Assembly (NCBI GenBank): GCA_024641985.1
Contig: JAHEBZ010000004.1
Coordinates: forward strand, 105,047-169,046
Direction: 5' to 3'
Origin: Rhodoluna sp.
GTDB taxonomy: Bacteria; Actinomycetota; Actinomycetes; Actinomycetales; Microbacteriaceae
Length of the DNA stretch: 64,000 bases
Shown in pieces: positions 17,428 through 25,654 of this stretch; positions within the stretch are counted from its first letter, which is position 1; each line of letters starts with the position of its first letter. The notes under the pieces were generated by a model. It searched no databases. It was not told the DNA's origin and saw nothing but the letters and a program-made list of their open reading frames with translations. The position numbers were made by a program, and so were the translations under genes.

Positions 17428-18165
17428 CTAACAGAAATAGAGCCCCTGAACCTTGGATGCATAGAGGTAGCCGTCTGGGACGGCGAACTCGAGTGGCGAA
17501 TCGCCGTCAATCGGTTCGTCGAAAATAACTAACTCTGGAATTTCAATCTCGAGTGGCGCAGAAGAGATAGGTTCGGGCGATGGCGCAGAAGAGATAGGTT
17601 CGGGCGATGGCGCAGGGGAGCTTGGTGTGGGCAACGGATCTTGAGCATCCGTGCTTGGAGAAGGTGCCGGAACCGCATTTGCGCAGACCCCTCCACTTGA
17701 GGTTGCGCCGTTGGGATCAGTTAGCGGGCCCCACTGAACGCATTTTTGTTCACCGGGGTGGGCCTCGTTCCATGCTCGCGATTCGGCCTCTGCCGCAGCG
17801 AAGGCTGCCGCAGCCGTTGCTCTATAGTCGGCCCAGGCATCGATTGTGGTTTGCGCCTGCCAGGTCTTTATGCAGTGATAGTAAAAGACGTGATCAGATT
17901 GCGATGCCGAGTTATTCAAATCAACACCAATGCCGCGCCCAGAACCCTCTGGGCAACTGAAGGCTTGCACCGCAGCCGTAGCATCGAAGTCACTTTGCGA
18001 TTGACCGGAGGCGCTGTTGATGCGTGTGTTTGGAATGGTGCCCATGTGAGGCACACCTGGGAAGGGATCGGTGTCGGCAAGCGCGGGTTGCGCCATTGAC
18101 ACACTGAGCAATGTGATGAGCATTGCCAACGCAGCCATAATTTGCTTTTTCACTTGAACCCCCAA
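17428..18165 (-). CDS. Secreted hypothetical protein with a Pro/Ser-rich repeat and acidic C-terminus
   Basis: 245 aa. The signal peptide ends PALA-DT. It has 4 to 5 Cys residues and the repeat APSPEPISS x2. No family was recognised. Confidence 0.55.
   Translation of the reverse strand: MGVQVKKQIMAALAMLITLLSVSMAQPALADTDPFPGVPHMGTIPNTRINSASGQSQSDFDATAAVQAFSCPEGSGRGIGVDLNNSASQSDHVFYYHCIKTWQAQTTIDAWADYRATAAAAFAAAEAESRAWNEAHPGEQKCVQWGPLTDPNGATSSGGVCANAVPAPSPSTDAQDPLPTPSSPAPSPEPISSAPSPEPISSAPLEIEIPELVIFDEPIDGDSPLEFAVPDGYLYASKVQGLYFC
17554..17616. repeat. 27-bp perfect tandem repeat, 2.3 copies, in-frame inside a CDS
   Basis: TGGCGCAGAAGAGATAGGTTCGGGCGA occupies 17554-17580 and 17581-17607, followed by a partial third copy. 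It encodes SPEPISSAP units. Confidence 0.9.
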
Positions 18166-18234
18166 GGTTATTGATTAAAGGTTATGCCCCATCAGCGACA
18201 ATGAACAGCCCAGCTTAAAAAACCCGGTTAAAGC

Positions 18235-18265
18235 GAAGTGCCCGAGCACTGGGCCCGGGCACTTC
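18235..18265 (-). terminator. Possible hairpin terminator downstream of hup
   Basis: GAAGTGCCCG-N11-CGGGCACTTC forms a 10-bp stem. The T-run on the minus strand starts only about 14 nt later, so the call is weak. Confidence 0.35.
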
Positions 18266-18281
18266 AGTTTAAAACTGAGAC

Positions 18282-18563
18282 TTACTTAACTGCAGCCTTT
18301 AGCTTTGAACCAGCTGAAACCTTAACGGTGTTTGCTGCTGCGATCTGGATGGTTGCACCAGTCTGTGGGTTGCGGCCCTGACGAGCTGCGCGGTGACCCT
18401 TCTCAACTGAAAGCCAGCCTGGGATGGTGACCTTTCCGCCCTTTGCGACGGTGCCTGCGATGGTCTCGAACAACGCGTCAACCACACGGTTAACTGCTGC
18501 CTGTGACTCGCCGGTGTGTGCTGCTACTGCTGCGACTAGCTCGCTCTTGTTTAGGTTCGACAT
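18282..18563 (-). CDS. hup: Nucleoid-associated protein HU
   Basis: 93 aa. MSNLNKSELVAAVA...FETIAGTVAKGGKVTIPGWLS...RQGRNPQTGA is a canonical HU/IHF fold without a Lys-rich tail. Confidence 0.95.
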   Translation of the reverse strand: MSNLNKSELVAAVAAHTGESQAAVNRVVDALFETIAGTVAKGGKVTIPGWLSVEKGHRAARQGRNPQTGATIQIAAANTVKVSAGSKLKAAVK

Positions 18564-18720
18564 GATGTCCTCCTGGACTGTTTGACGTTTATTGACACGT
18601 TCTGTCGGGACTTACGCTACAACGAATAACAAACTTGTAGTTCTTTTGCCTCGGCGTGTTGCGACACAGTTTTCAAACAATATTCCGCGAATTTACTGGC
18701 ATATACGGGCATCCGCACTT

Positions 18721-18760
18721 AAAAACAAAACCGCCCCTCATTTCTGAGGAGCGGTTTTTG
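18721..18760 (-). terminator. Intrinsic terminator after rpsN
   Basis: On the minus strand it reads CCGCTCCTCA-GAAA-TGAGGGGCGG followed by TTTTGTTTTT. Confidence 0.65.
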
Positions 18761-18796
18761 TAAAAAACTTGTTATTCGACCGAGGTCAAATAAGTT

Positions 18797-19102
18797 CTAC
18801 CAAGAAGACTTGGTGATGCCCGGAAGCTCACCGCGGTGTGCCATGTCGCGGAAGCGAACACGTGAAACACCGAACTTGGCAAGAACACCACGTGGGCGTC
18901 CGTCGATTGCGTCGCGGTTGCGAACGCGCACTGGAGATGCGTTGCGAGGAAGCTTCTGTAGGCCTAGGCGTGCCTCTTCGCGCTGAGCATCGGTTGACTG
19001 TGGGTCAACAAGTGCCTTCTTTAGCGCTAGACGCTTCTCGGCGTAGCGCTCAACAATAACCTTGCGCTGGTCGTTCTTAGCGATCTTGCTCTTCTTAGCC
19101 AT
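18797..19102 (-). CDS. rpsN: 30S ribosomal protein S14, long non-zinc (C-) form
   Basis: 101 aa. The sequence runs [14 protein letters not shown]...ITKSSW with no Cys residues. Confidence 0.95.
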   Translation of the reverse strand: MAKKSKIAKNDQRKVIVERYAEKRLALKKALVDPQSTDAQREEARLGLQKLPRNASPVRVRNRDAIDGRPRGVLAKFGVSRVRFRDMAHRGELPGITKSSW

Positions 19103-19104
19103 TT

Positions 19105-19275
19105 TTAGCGCTCCTCGCGGAATTCAACGTGCTGACGTACAACTGGGTCGTACTTCTTCAAAACGATACGGTCTGGGTCGTTGCGGCGGTTCTTCTTGGT
19201 TACGTAGGTGTAACCAGTGCCCGCAGTCGAACGAAGCTTGATGATTGGACGAATGTCCTTGTCTTTCTTAGCCAT
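19105..19275 (-). CDS. rpmG: 50S ribosomal protein L33, non-zinc (C-) form
   Basis: It is not in the ORF track at 56 aa. The product is [56 protein letters not shown], with no CxxC pairs. Confidence 0.9.
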   Translation of the reverse strand: MAKKDKDIRPIIKLRSTAGTGYTYVTKKNRRNDPDRIVLKKYDPVVRQHVEFREER

Positions 19276-19288
19276 TTGCTAAGTCTCC

Positions 19289-19525
19289 TTAGATCTTCTC
19301 GCCGCGTGCAAGAATCTCGGCTACAACAGCCTCGATGCCACGTACGTCGATTACCTTGATGCCACGTGCGCTTAGCTGCAACGTTACGTTGCGCTTTAGC
19401 GATGGAACGAAGTAAGTCTTCTTCTGGATGTTTGGGTTGAAGCGACGCTTGGTCTTGTTTTGTGCGTGTGAAACCGCGTGACCAAACTGAGGCTGCTTCT
19501 CAGTCACCTGGCAATAGGCTGCCAT
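19289..19525 (-). CDS. rpmB: 50S ribosomal protein L28
   Basis: The internal start [34 protein letters not shown] gives 78 aa. The 30-aa upstream extension in the ORF track was rejected. Confidence 0.9.
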   Translation of the reverse strand: MAAYCQVTEKQPQFGHAVSHAQNKTKRRFNPNIQKKTYFVPSLKRNVTLQLSARGIKVIDVRGIEAVVAEILARGEKI

Positions 19526-19669
19526 TTCTTCTCCTTCAAGGGCAAGCCCTCTGAACCCGGATTGGGCGGAGGCTTGTGTTAAAAAGTGTGGTTGCATTCG
19601 AAATAATTCGGGCAACCCCCCAAGTTTAGGCGAGTTAATACGCCTTAAGCAAGTCGTTGTTCGATATTT

Positions 19670-20062
19670 CTAGCTTTGACACGCCGTGCAAGTGCCAAAA
19701 ATGTCGATTGTGTGGCTCGGATTAGCGAATCCGTGCTCTTTTGCTACCTCGTCAGCCCAAGTTTCAACACGGTTTGCTTCGATTTCGATCGTCAATCCGC
19801 ACTTTCGGCAAATTAGGTGGTGATGATGGGCCGCGGTGCAAGCGCGATACAAAATTTCGCCCTCTTTGCTTTGCAGCGCATCGGCCTCGCCAAGAGCGGC
19901 CAAGTCGGCGAGCGCCCGATAAACCGTTGCCAACCCAATTGTTGAACCGTGGTTTTTTAGCACCTGGTGCAGATCTTGCGACGAAACAAACCCCTTGGCC
20001 TCGGTTAGCGCATGGCGAACCGCATCTTTTTGCCAGGTGTTGCGGCGCTTTGCATCAGTCAT
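19670..20062 (-). CDS. zur: Fur-family metalloregulator, Zur-like
   Basis: It has the winged helix TIGLATVYRAL, HHHH, CRKC and a C-terminal CTAC. I placed the start at MTDAKRR (20062), which overlaps the upstream stop as ATGACTGA. Confidence 0.75.
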   Translation of the reverse strand: MTDAKRRNTWQKDAVRHALTEAKGFVSSQDLHQVLKNHGSTIGLATVYRALADLAALGEADALQSKEGEILYRACTAAHHHHLICRKCGLTIEIEANRVETWADEVAKEHGFANPSHTIDIFGTCTACQS

Positions 20063-20324
20063 TGTGCTCGTGTTTGTGATTCTCGGCATCGTGATCGTGA
20101 TGGGTGATCTTGTGTTCTTTATCGAATTTTTCGTGCAAGCGCGGCAGAATCACTTTCTTCCACAGAGTTCCATAGAGCAACCAAATCAGCACCACGTCTT
20201 GAATGACTGTCCAACCCAATTCGGCAATGATGTGCGATGGGTCGGTGAAGATGCTCCAGGCTTCTTGCCAAACCGACATGTCGGTGGCTTCTGAACCGTG
20301 GCTTGCTTCCATAAATATGTGCAT
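20055..20324 (-). CDS. Small membrane protein with a His-rich C-terminal tail (hypothetical)
   Basis: 89 aa. It has one TM segment (WTVIQDVVLIWLLYGTLW) and 8 His in the last 28 residues (HEKFDKEHKITHHDHDAENHKHEHND). It is translationally coupled to zur. Confidence 0.5.
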   Translation of the reverse strand: MHIFMEASHGSEATDMSVWQEAWSIFTDPSHIIAELGWTVIQDVVLIWLLYGTLWKKVILPRLHEKFDKEHKITHHDHDAENHKHEHND

Positions 20325-20341
20325 GAAAGCAGGCTACGCCT

Positions 20342-20362
20342 TATTGATAATGAATGTCAATA
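20342..20362. promoter_or_regulatory. Fur-family (Zur-type) box candidate TATTGATAAT-G-AATGTCAATA
   Basis: It is a 21-bp dyad with 8/10 arm matches, located in the 42-nt gap upstream of the His-rich gene-zur pair. Its core TGATAATGAATGTCA matches 12/15 positions of the actinobacterial Zur box TGAAAATGATTTTCA. Confidence 0.5.
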
Positions 20363-20366
20363 GCGA

Positions 20367-21755
20367 TTAGTCGAGCAGCAGCGCCGGCTCTTCGATCACC
20401 GATGCAACATCTTGCACAAAGCGTGAGGCCACATCGCCATCAACCACACGGTGGTCAAAGGTGGCTCCGATGGTTGTCACCTGGCGAACCTGAATTTCGT
20501 TGTTAACCACCCAGGGCTTTGGCCTAATCGAGCCAAGGGCCACAATGCCAACCTCACCCGGGTTCAAAATTGGTGTTCCGGTGTCAACACCAAACACACC
20601 GATGTTGGTGATGGTGATGGTGCCGTCTTTCATGTCGGCCGGCGTGGTCTTGCCCTCACGTGCGGTGGCCGCCAACTGCTCAATAGCTTTGGCCAGCTCA
20701 AGCATGCTCATCGAATCGGCATCTTTGATGTTTGGCACAATCAAACCGCGCGGTGTTGCCGCAGCGATGCCAAAGTTCACAAAGTTGTGCACAATGATTT
20801 CTTCGTCTGTCCAGGTTGAGTTGACCATTGGGTTTCGGCGAACGGCCCAGATCATGGCCTTTGCCATAATCAAGAGCGGGGTCACCTTTACACCGGCAAA
20901 GTCGGTCGATGCCTTCAGGCGCTTCACATATTCCATGGTGCGGGTGGCATCAACATCAACAAAGATGCTCACGTGTGGGGCAGTGAACGCCGAAGAAACC
21001 ATTGCATTTGCGATTGCCTTGCGCACGCCCTTAACCGGTATGCGTTCTTCGCGCGCGGTTGGGGCGGTTGGGGTCGAAAGGTTGCGGAACACCGAGGCCT
21101 GCTCGGCGCCAGCCAACACATCTTCGCGGGTAACCTCGCCGTTTGAGCCGGTCGGTGTGACCCGGGTGATGTCTACATTTAGGTCGCGGGCAAGTTTGCG
21201 AATTGGCGGCTTTGCCAAAACCTTGTCTTCGGCGAGCGCAGCGCTTGCGGTGGCAAGAGCTGTTGCCGGGTTTGCCACCCGAGCTGCAATGCCGGCTGCA
21301 GCCGGAACCGCGGCGCCTTGGCGGCGGCGGCTTGGTGCGTGGGCCGTTGAAGTGCCATAGCCAACCAGGTTTGGCTGCTTAGATTCGCTGGCCGCAACCT
21401 CGGGAACATTGGTGACAATAGATGCGTGCTGCTCGGCAATTGCAGGCTTTGATGCCTCTGGAATCACCTGTATTGAGGTGGTAGCAGTGCTAACCGCACC
21501 AACGGCGCCATCGGCCACGGTTACCGCGATGATTGGCTTTCCCACCTCAACCGTGTCGCCTTCGGCGCAAAGCAGCGAGTCAACCACTCCCGAAAATGGA
21601 ACCGGCAGCTCTACCAAAGACTTGGCGGTCTCGATCTCTACGATCACCTGGTTTACCTCAACGGTGTCGCCGGCCTTAACCTTCCAAGTAACAATCTCGG
21701 CTTCGGTTAGACCCTCGCCAACATCTGGGAGGTTAAAAAATGCAATTTGGCTCAT
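20367..21755 (-). CDS. Dihydrolipoamide acyltransferase (E2) of a 2-oxoacid dehydrogenase complex
   Basis: 462 aa. It has a lipoyl domain (EIETAKS), an Ala/Pro linker, a subunit-binding domain, and the catalytic DHRVVDG. Confidence 0.9.
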   Translation of the reverse strand: MSQIAFFNLPDVGEGLTEAEIVTWKVKAGDTVEVNQVIVEIETAKSLVELPVPFSGVVDSLLCAEGDTVEVGKPIIAVTVADGAVGAVSTATTSIQVIPEASKPAIAEQHASIVTNVPEVAASESKQPNLVGYGTSTAHAPSRRRQGAAVPAAAGIAARVANPATALATASAALAEDKVLAKPPIRKLARDLNVDITRVTPTGSNGEVTREDVLAGAEQASVFRNLSTPTAPTAREERIPVKGVRKAIANAMVSSAFTAPHVSIFVDVDATRTMEYVKRLKASTDFAGVKVTPLLIMAKAMIWAVRRNPMVNSTWTDEEIIVHNFVNFGIAAATPRGLIVPNIKDADSMSMLELAKAIEQLAATAREGKTTPADMKDGTITITNIGVFGVDTGTPILNPGEVGIVALGSIRPKPWVVNNEIQVRQVTTIGATFDHRVVDGDVASRFVQDVASVIEEPALLLD

Positions 21756-21772
21756 GCGTTCTTGGCCCTTGC

Positions 21773-22756
21773 CTAGTAGCCCAGCGAGCGGTCTACCGCT
21801 TCGAGGATTCGGTCGGCATCGGGCAAGAATTTTTCTTCTAGCTTGGCCGCTGGATAGGGAACATCGAAGCCACCGACGCGAATTACCGGGGCTTCGAGGT
21901 GATAGAAGGCAAGCTCGGCAACGCGAGCGGCGATTTCGGAGCTAACCGAAACGCTTACGTTTGCTTCGTGAGCCACGATTAGGTGGCCGGTCTTTTTAAC
22001 CGATTCGATGATTGTCGCGTAGTCGATCGGCGAAATCGAGCGAATGTCGATTACCTCTAGCGACCGGCCCTCAGCTGCGGCAATTTCTGCCGCCTGAAGC
22101 GCGGTGGCAACCATCGGGCCATAGGCAACCACGGTTACATCGGTGCCGTTTCGCAAAATATGAGCATCGTGCATGCCGGCGGGCGGGTTGTCTAGATCAA
22201 CCGGCCCCTTTTGCCAATAGCGACGTTTTGGCTCGAAGAACAAAACCGGGTCTTCGCTCTTGATTGCCTGCTGAATCATCCAGTAGGCATCGTTTGGATT
22301 GCTTGGGCTGATCACACGAAGGCCGGGGGTGTGAGCAAAGTAGGCTTCTGGGCTTTCGCTGTGGTGCTCGATTGCACCGATGCCGCCGCCATAAGGGATG
22401 CGCACCACCACGGGCATGGTTAAAAAGCCCTCAGAGCGATTTTGCAGCTTGGCCAGCTGGGTGGTGATTTCGTTGAACGCCGGAAACACAAAGCCATCAA
22501 ACTGGATTTCGGCAACCGGGCGATAGCCGCGCATTGCCAGACCAATTGCGGTGCCAACGATGCCGGCCTCGGCGATCGGCGAGTTAAAAACGCGCTTTTG
22601 GCCAAATTCGGCGTGCAATCCCTCGGTTACGCGAAAAACGCCACCGAGCTCGGCAACATCTTGACCAAAAATCAAAACCTTGTCTGATTCGGCCAGCGCC
22701 TTGCGAAGGCCAGCATTAATGGCCTTAACGATTGTCATTTCAACGACATTGCTCAT
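21773..22756 (-). CDS. 2-oxoacid (pyruvate/branched-chain) dehydrogenase E1 beta subunit
   Basis: 327 aa with a transketolase-like pyrimidine-binding domain and C-terminal domain. It lies between the E1 alpha and E2 genes. Confidence 0.9.
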   Translation of the reverse strand: MSNVVEMTIVKAINAGLRKALAESDKVLIFGQDVAELGGVFRVTEGLHAEFGQKRVFNSPIAEAGIVGTAIGLAMRGYRPVAEIQFDGFVFPAFNEITTQLAKLQNRSEGFLTMPVVVRIPYGGGIGAIEHHSESPEAYFAHTPGLRVISPSNPNDAYWMIQQAIKSEDPVLFFEPKRRYWQKGPVDLDNPPAGMHDAHILRNGTDVTVVAYGPMVATALQAAEIAAAEGRSLEVIDIRSISPIDYATIIESVKKTGHLIVAHEANVSVSVSSEIAARVAELAFYHLEAPVIRVGGFDVPYPAAKLEEKFLPDADRILEAVDRSLGY

Positions 22757-22758
22757 GC

Positions 22759-23892
22759 TTAGTGACCACCCTCGTTGTCGCCGAATGAGGCCTCATAGCC
22801 CTTTAGCCAAGCCGACTGCTCTTCGATTAGCGGGTGGGCTTCGCTGTAAACGTGCTGAAACATGTTTTCGATTGGCGGGGCGCCAAGGGCAAATGTTTGC
22901 TGGCGAATGCTTTCGGCCATTGCTTCGTTTTCAACATCGCACTGTTCAAAGAATGAATCTTGGATGCCCTGGCGGCGCAAGAACTTTTCGAGTCGCACAA
23001 TTGGATCGCGCTGCTTCCAGTAGTCGACTTCGTCTTGGCTGCGGTATTTGGTTGGGTCATCTGAGGTTGTGTGAGCGCCGATGCGGTAGGTGAGCGCTTC
23101 GATCATGAAAGGGCCGGCGCCATTTCGTGCGTCATCCATGTGCTTTTTAGTAACCGCGTATGAAGCCAAGACATCGTTGCCATCGATGCGAATGCCAGGC
23201 ACACCAAAGCCAGCACCGCGCTCGAAAAGCGGCACACGGGTTTGAGTGCCAACCGCCGAAGAAATTGCCCACTGGTTGTTTTGGCAAAAGAACACCTGCG
23301 GGTTGTTGTTGATAGCGGCAAACAGGAACGACTCTGAGATTTCGCCTTCGGCCGTAGCGCCATCGCCAAAGTAGGTGATGACTGCTTCGTCGATTTCGGG
23401 GTTGCCGGTGGCAACCTTGCCGTCAAAGTTCACGCCCATTGCATAGCCGGTTGCATGGATTACCTGGGTGCCAAGCACGATGGCGTAAAGGTGAAAACGG
23501 GTTTCGTTTGGGTTCCAGCCGCCGTGGTTCACGCCACGCAGCATTTTCAAAATCGACATCAGGTCGATGTTGTGAGTGATTGCTACGCCGTGTTCGCGAT
23601 AGCTAGGAAAGATGTGGTCGTTTTTGCCAACCGCGTGGCCCGAACCAATTTGGGCAGCCTCTTGGCCAACGGCCGGCACCCAAAGGCCCAATTGCCCCTG
23701 GCGCTGAAGCGCGGTTGCCTCGTTGTCAAAGCGGCGCATTCGAGACATCTCTTTATAGAACTGAAGAAAGTCGGCCTCGGTGAGGGCATCAACATATTTG
23801 CCGTATTCGGCATATTGTGCAGGCACGCCATAGTCGCCCTCTGGTGAGAGCAACTGCACCATCGGAACTCGCGAAGATTCTTGAGTAGTCAT
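22759..23892 (-). CDS. 2-oxoacid dehydrogenase E1 alpha subunit (TPP-binding)
   Basis: 377 aa. The TPP motif is GDGATAEG...NN. It is the first gene of the E1a-E1b-E2 operon. Confidence 0.9.
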   Translation of the reverse strand: MTTQESSRVPMVQLLSPEGDYGVPAQYAEYGKYVDALTEADFLQFYKEMSRMRRFDNEATALQRQGQLGLWVPAVGQEAAQIGSGHAVGKNDHIFPSYREHGVAITHNIDLMSILKMLRGVNHGGWNPNETRFHLYAIVLGTQVIHATGYAMGVNFDGKVATGNPEIDEAVITYFGDGATAEGEISESFLFAAINNNPQVFFCQNNQWAISSAVGTQTRVPLFERGAGFGVPGIRIDGNDVLASYAVTKKHMDDARNGAGPFMIEALTYRIGAHTTSDDPTKYRSQDEVDYWKQRDPIVRLEKFLRRQGIQDSFFEQCDVENEAMAESIRQQTFALGAPPIENMFQHVYSEAHPLIEEQSAWLKGYEASFGDNEGGH

Positions 23893-23931
23893 CTAGTCCA
23901 ATTTACTGGGGTTTGGTGGCACAATCGACTC

Positions 23932-24357
23932 ATGATTCGTTTTCTAGTTGGAACCGTTATTAATGCGGTTGCACTTTGGCTGACCACTTTGATCATTCCG
24001 GCAATTCACTTGGCTGCCTATGGCACCGATGATTTCTGGACACGAGCCGGTTCTTTCTTGCTGGTTGGCGCCATTTTTGGCTTGGTTAGCGCGATCGTTG
24101 CACCGGTCATTAAGGTTTTGGCATTTCCGCTCTACATTTTGACCTTTGGCCTAATTTCGTTCGTGATTAACGGCGCCTTGCTGCTTTTTGTTGCCTGGCT
24201 AAGCCAGCTGATTGGCAGCCCAATATTTAGCATCGAGGGCTTTACCAATGAGGGCCTAAACATTGAATCGCTCGGTTGGGCAATTTTGGGTTCGATCGTG
24301 ATCAGCGTTTTCAGCTTCTTTGCTCGCGCTATTTTCAAGGTATTGCGGCTGATCTAG
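23932..24357 (+). CDS. DUF360 / phage-holin-4-like membrane protein
   Basis: The start MIRFLVGTVINAVALWLTTLIIPAIHL is typical of DUF360. The protein has 4 TM segments. Confidence 0.7.
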   Translation: MIRFLVGTVINAVALWLTTLIIPAIHLAAYGTDDFWTRAGSFLLVGAIFGLVSAIVAPVIKVLAFPLYILTFGLISFVINGALLLFVAWLSQLIGSPIFSIEGFTNEGLNIESLGWAILGSIVISVFSFFARAIFKVLRLI

Positions 24358-25624
24358 CCAATTCAAACCACCTAACCTCGCCCACCTCTTCACCGGCGAA
24401 GCCGGTTAAAATTTCGCGAATTTTTTTGAGCCCCTTATTGGCCGATTGATCTACCTTTAGTGCTGTGCTTCGATAGCCGCTTAGCTCATGCTTTGTGCCG
24501 ATTGACTCGGGGTTTGGCGCCTCGGCCTGTGCCGTTGCCCAGTTTTCGGCAATTGGGTTTACCTTCATGGCTAGCTTTGGTACTAAATCGCCATTATGTT
24601 CGATGGCCAAAATTGGCATTTTGAGTTTGGCCTCAAGCTGTGCAAGCGGTGCCCCAAAAGTGACCAGCCCCGCAACGCCATAGGCCTGGGGTGTGCTGGC
24701 AAGGTTTGCGGCAATCATTGCGCCCTGTGAGTGACCAACAAAAACCACCCGGTCACCTCGGCCCACATTGGCGGCGCGAAGCGCCTGATTTAAAGCGCGT
24801 TGACTACCGGCGCCGGCGTTTGGCCCGGCCATGGCTCGCAAATTTGAGGTTGTGTCGAGTGGGTCTTTGCCTGCATTCGTCGACCAAACTCTTGTGCCCG
24901 GCACAAAAACCACCACGTTTGTGCCATAGCGCTCGATGCGCACTGTGGGGTTCTCTAGGTTTGCAGTTTCTTGAAGCCTTCTGGCCATCGAAACCACCGA
25001 GTTGGGTGGCAAGGCAAAACGGGGTTCGCCGATTTCGCGCGCATAAACCGGCCGTTCGCTAAAGGGCCCGGGTGTGGCGCCGAACCCCGCCGAGCCAATG
25101 CCAACCGCAAGCGCGGCCATAGCCCGAACATCGATTGAAAATTGATTTTCGAACTGCAGGGTTGCTCTGGCCTCTGCCGTGAAATAGCTTTCGGCGGCCT
25201 GAATTAATGCCAACTGCACAGCCGAGAGCCGCTCGCGAAACAACGGGGCCTCGAGGGCCAACCCCACCCGCGCTAGCGGGTCGCTTAAAAAATCGTTAAT
25301 TTCGATTTGCCCATCAAGCCACCTGGCAACCTCTTCAAGTTCGCGTCGAACGCGGTCGATTTCGGCGCGGGTGGCAACCACCCTGGCATCACCGCCATAG
25401 GCCGCTAAATCGCCCAATATTTGAGCCTTCTTCGAAGGTCGATAAACTGCCAAGCCAATTTTTCGATGGCGCCGGCGCAAGAGTCGGCCGCAACCCCGGC
25501 CCAAAGCGCCGGGTCTGGAATTGCGCTTTGCAACCGAGTGATGATGAGTGCGAGAGCTTGATCTACCGAATCCATCTGAAGAGAATGCGCCATGCAGTCT
25601 GGCTAAAAGGCTCAAAGCCCGCAA
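24335..25624 (-). CDS. Alpha/beta hydrolase (DUF1023-like, GHSQG nucleophile elbow); the 5' end is uncertain and possibly frameshifted
   Basis: It has VVFVGHSQGAMIAANL and a downstream HNGD. The first ~70 codons of the track ORF are Arg/Ser/Gly-rich and look non-coding. A better-looking N-terminus lies in another frame (25405-25593). Confidence 0.6.
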   Translation of the reverse strand: MRALSLLARLHGAFSSDGFGRSSSRTHHHSVAKRNSRPGALGRGCGRLLRRRHRKIGLAVYRPSKKAQILGDLAAYGGDARVVATRAEIDRVRRELEEVARWLDGQIEINDFLSDPLARVGLALEAPLFRERLSAVQLALIQAAESYFTAEARATLQFENQFSIDVRAMAALAVGIGSAGFGATPGPFSERPVYAREIGEPRFALPPNSVVSMARRLQETANLENPTVRIERYGTNVVVFVPGTRVWSTNAGKDPLDTTSNLRAMAGPNAGAGSQRALNQALRAANVGRGDRVVFVGHSQGAMIAANLASTPQAYGVAGLVTFGAPLAQLEAKLKMPILAIEHNGDLVPKLAMKVNPIAENWATAQAEAPNPESIGTKHELSGYRSTALKVDQSANKGLKKIREILTGFAGEEVGEVRWFELARSAAIP

Positions 25625-25654
25625 TCTGTGCAGAACTTACGGCAATATAGACGG

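Noticed and set aside
17554-17616. Tandem repeat considered as a possible CRISPR or minisatellite.
   Set aside because: The copies are directly adjacent with no spacers, in frame, and inside a CDS. There are no cas genes, so this is a coding repeat and not a CRISPR array.
18854-18869. Half parS-like sequence GCGAACACGTGAAACA inside rpsN. Another half site TGTTTCACGCAAGGGC is at 60887-60902 inside gyrA.
   Set aside because: Only one arm matches (about 11/16 positions), so the palindrome needed for ParB dimer binding is missing. They are probably chance matches within coding sequence.
19591-19616. GTTGC...GCAAC-flanked element upstream of rpmB, considered as a Zur box.
   Set aside because: Only the outer 5 bp pair, and the core does not resemble TGAAAATGATTTTCA. 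It is kept only as a recurrence of the TTCGAA(A)TAATTCG motif, not as a Zur site.
20500-21360. 286-aa plus-strand ORF inside the E2 acyltransferase gene. Similar long antisense ORFs occur at 3272-3904, 30126-30881, 35368-35793, 22680-23093 and 41543-41998.
   Set aside because: All lie fully within, and antisense or out of frame to, genes with unmistakable protein signatures. Their translations are Ala/Arg/Ser/Pro-rich low-complexity shadows typical of GC-rich DNA.
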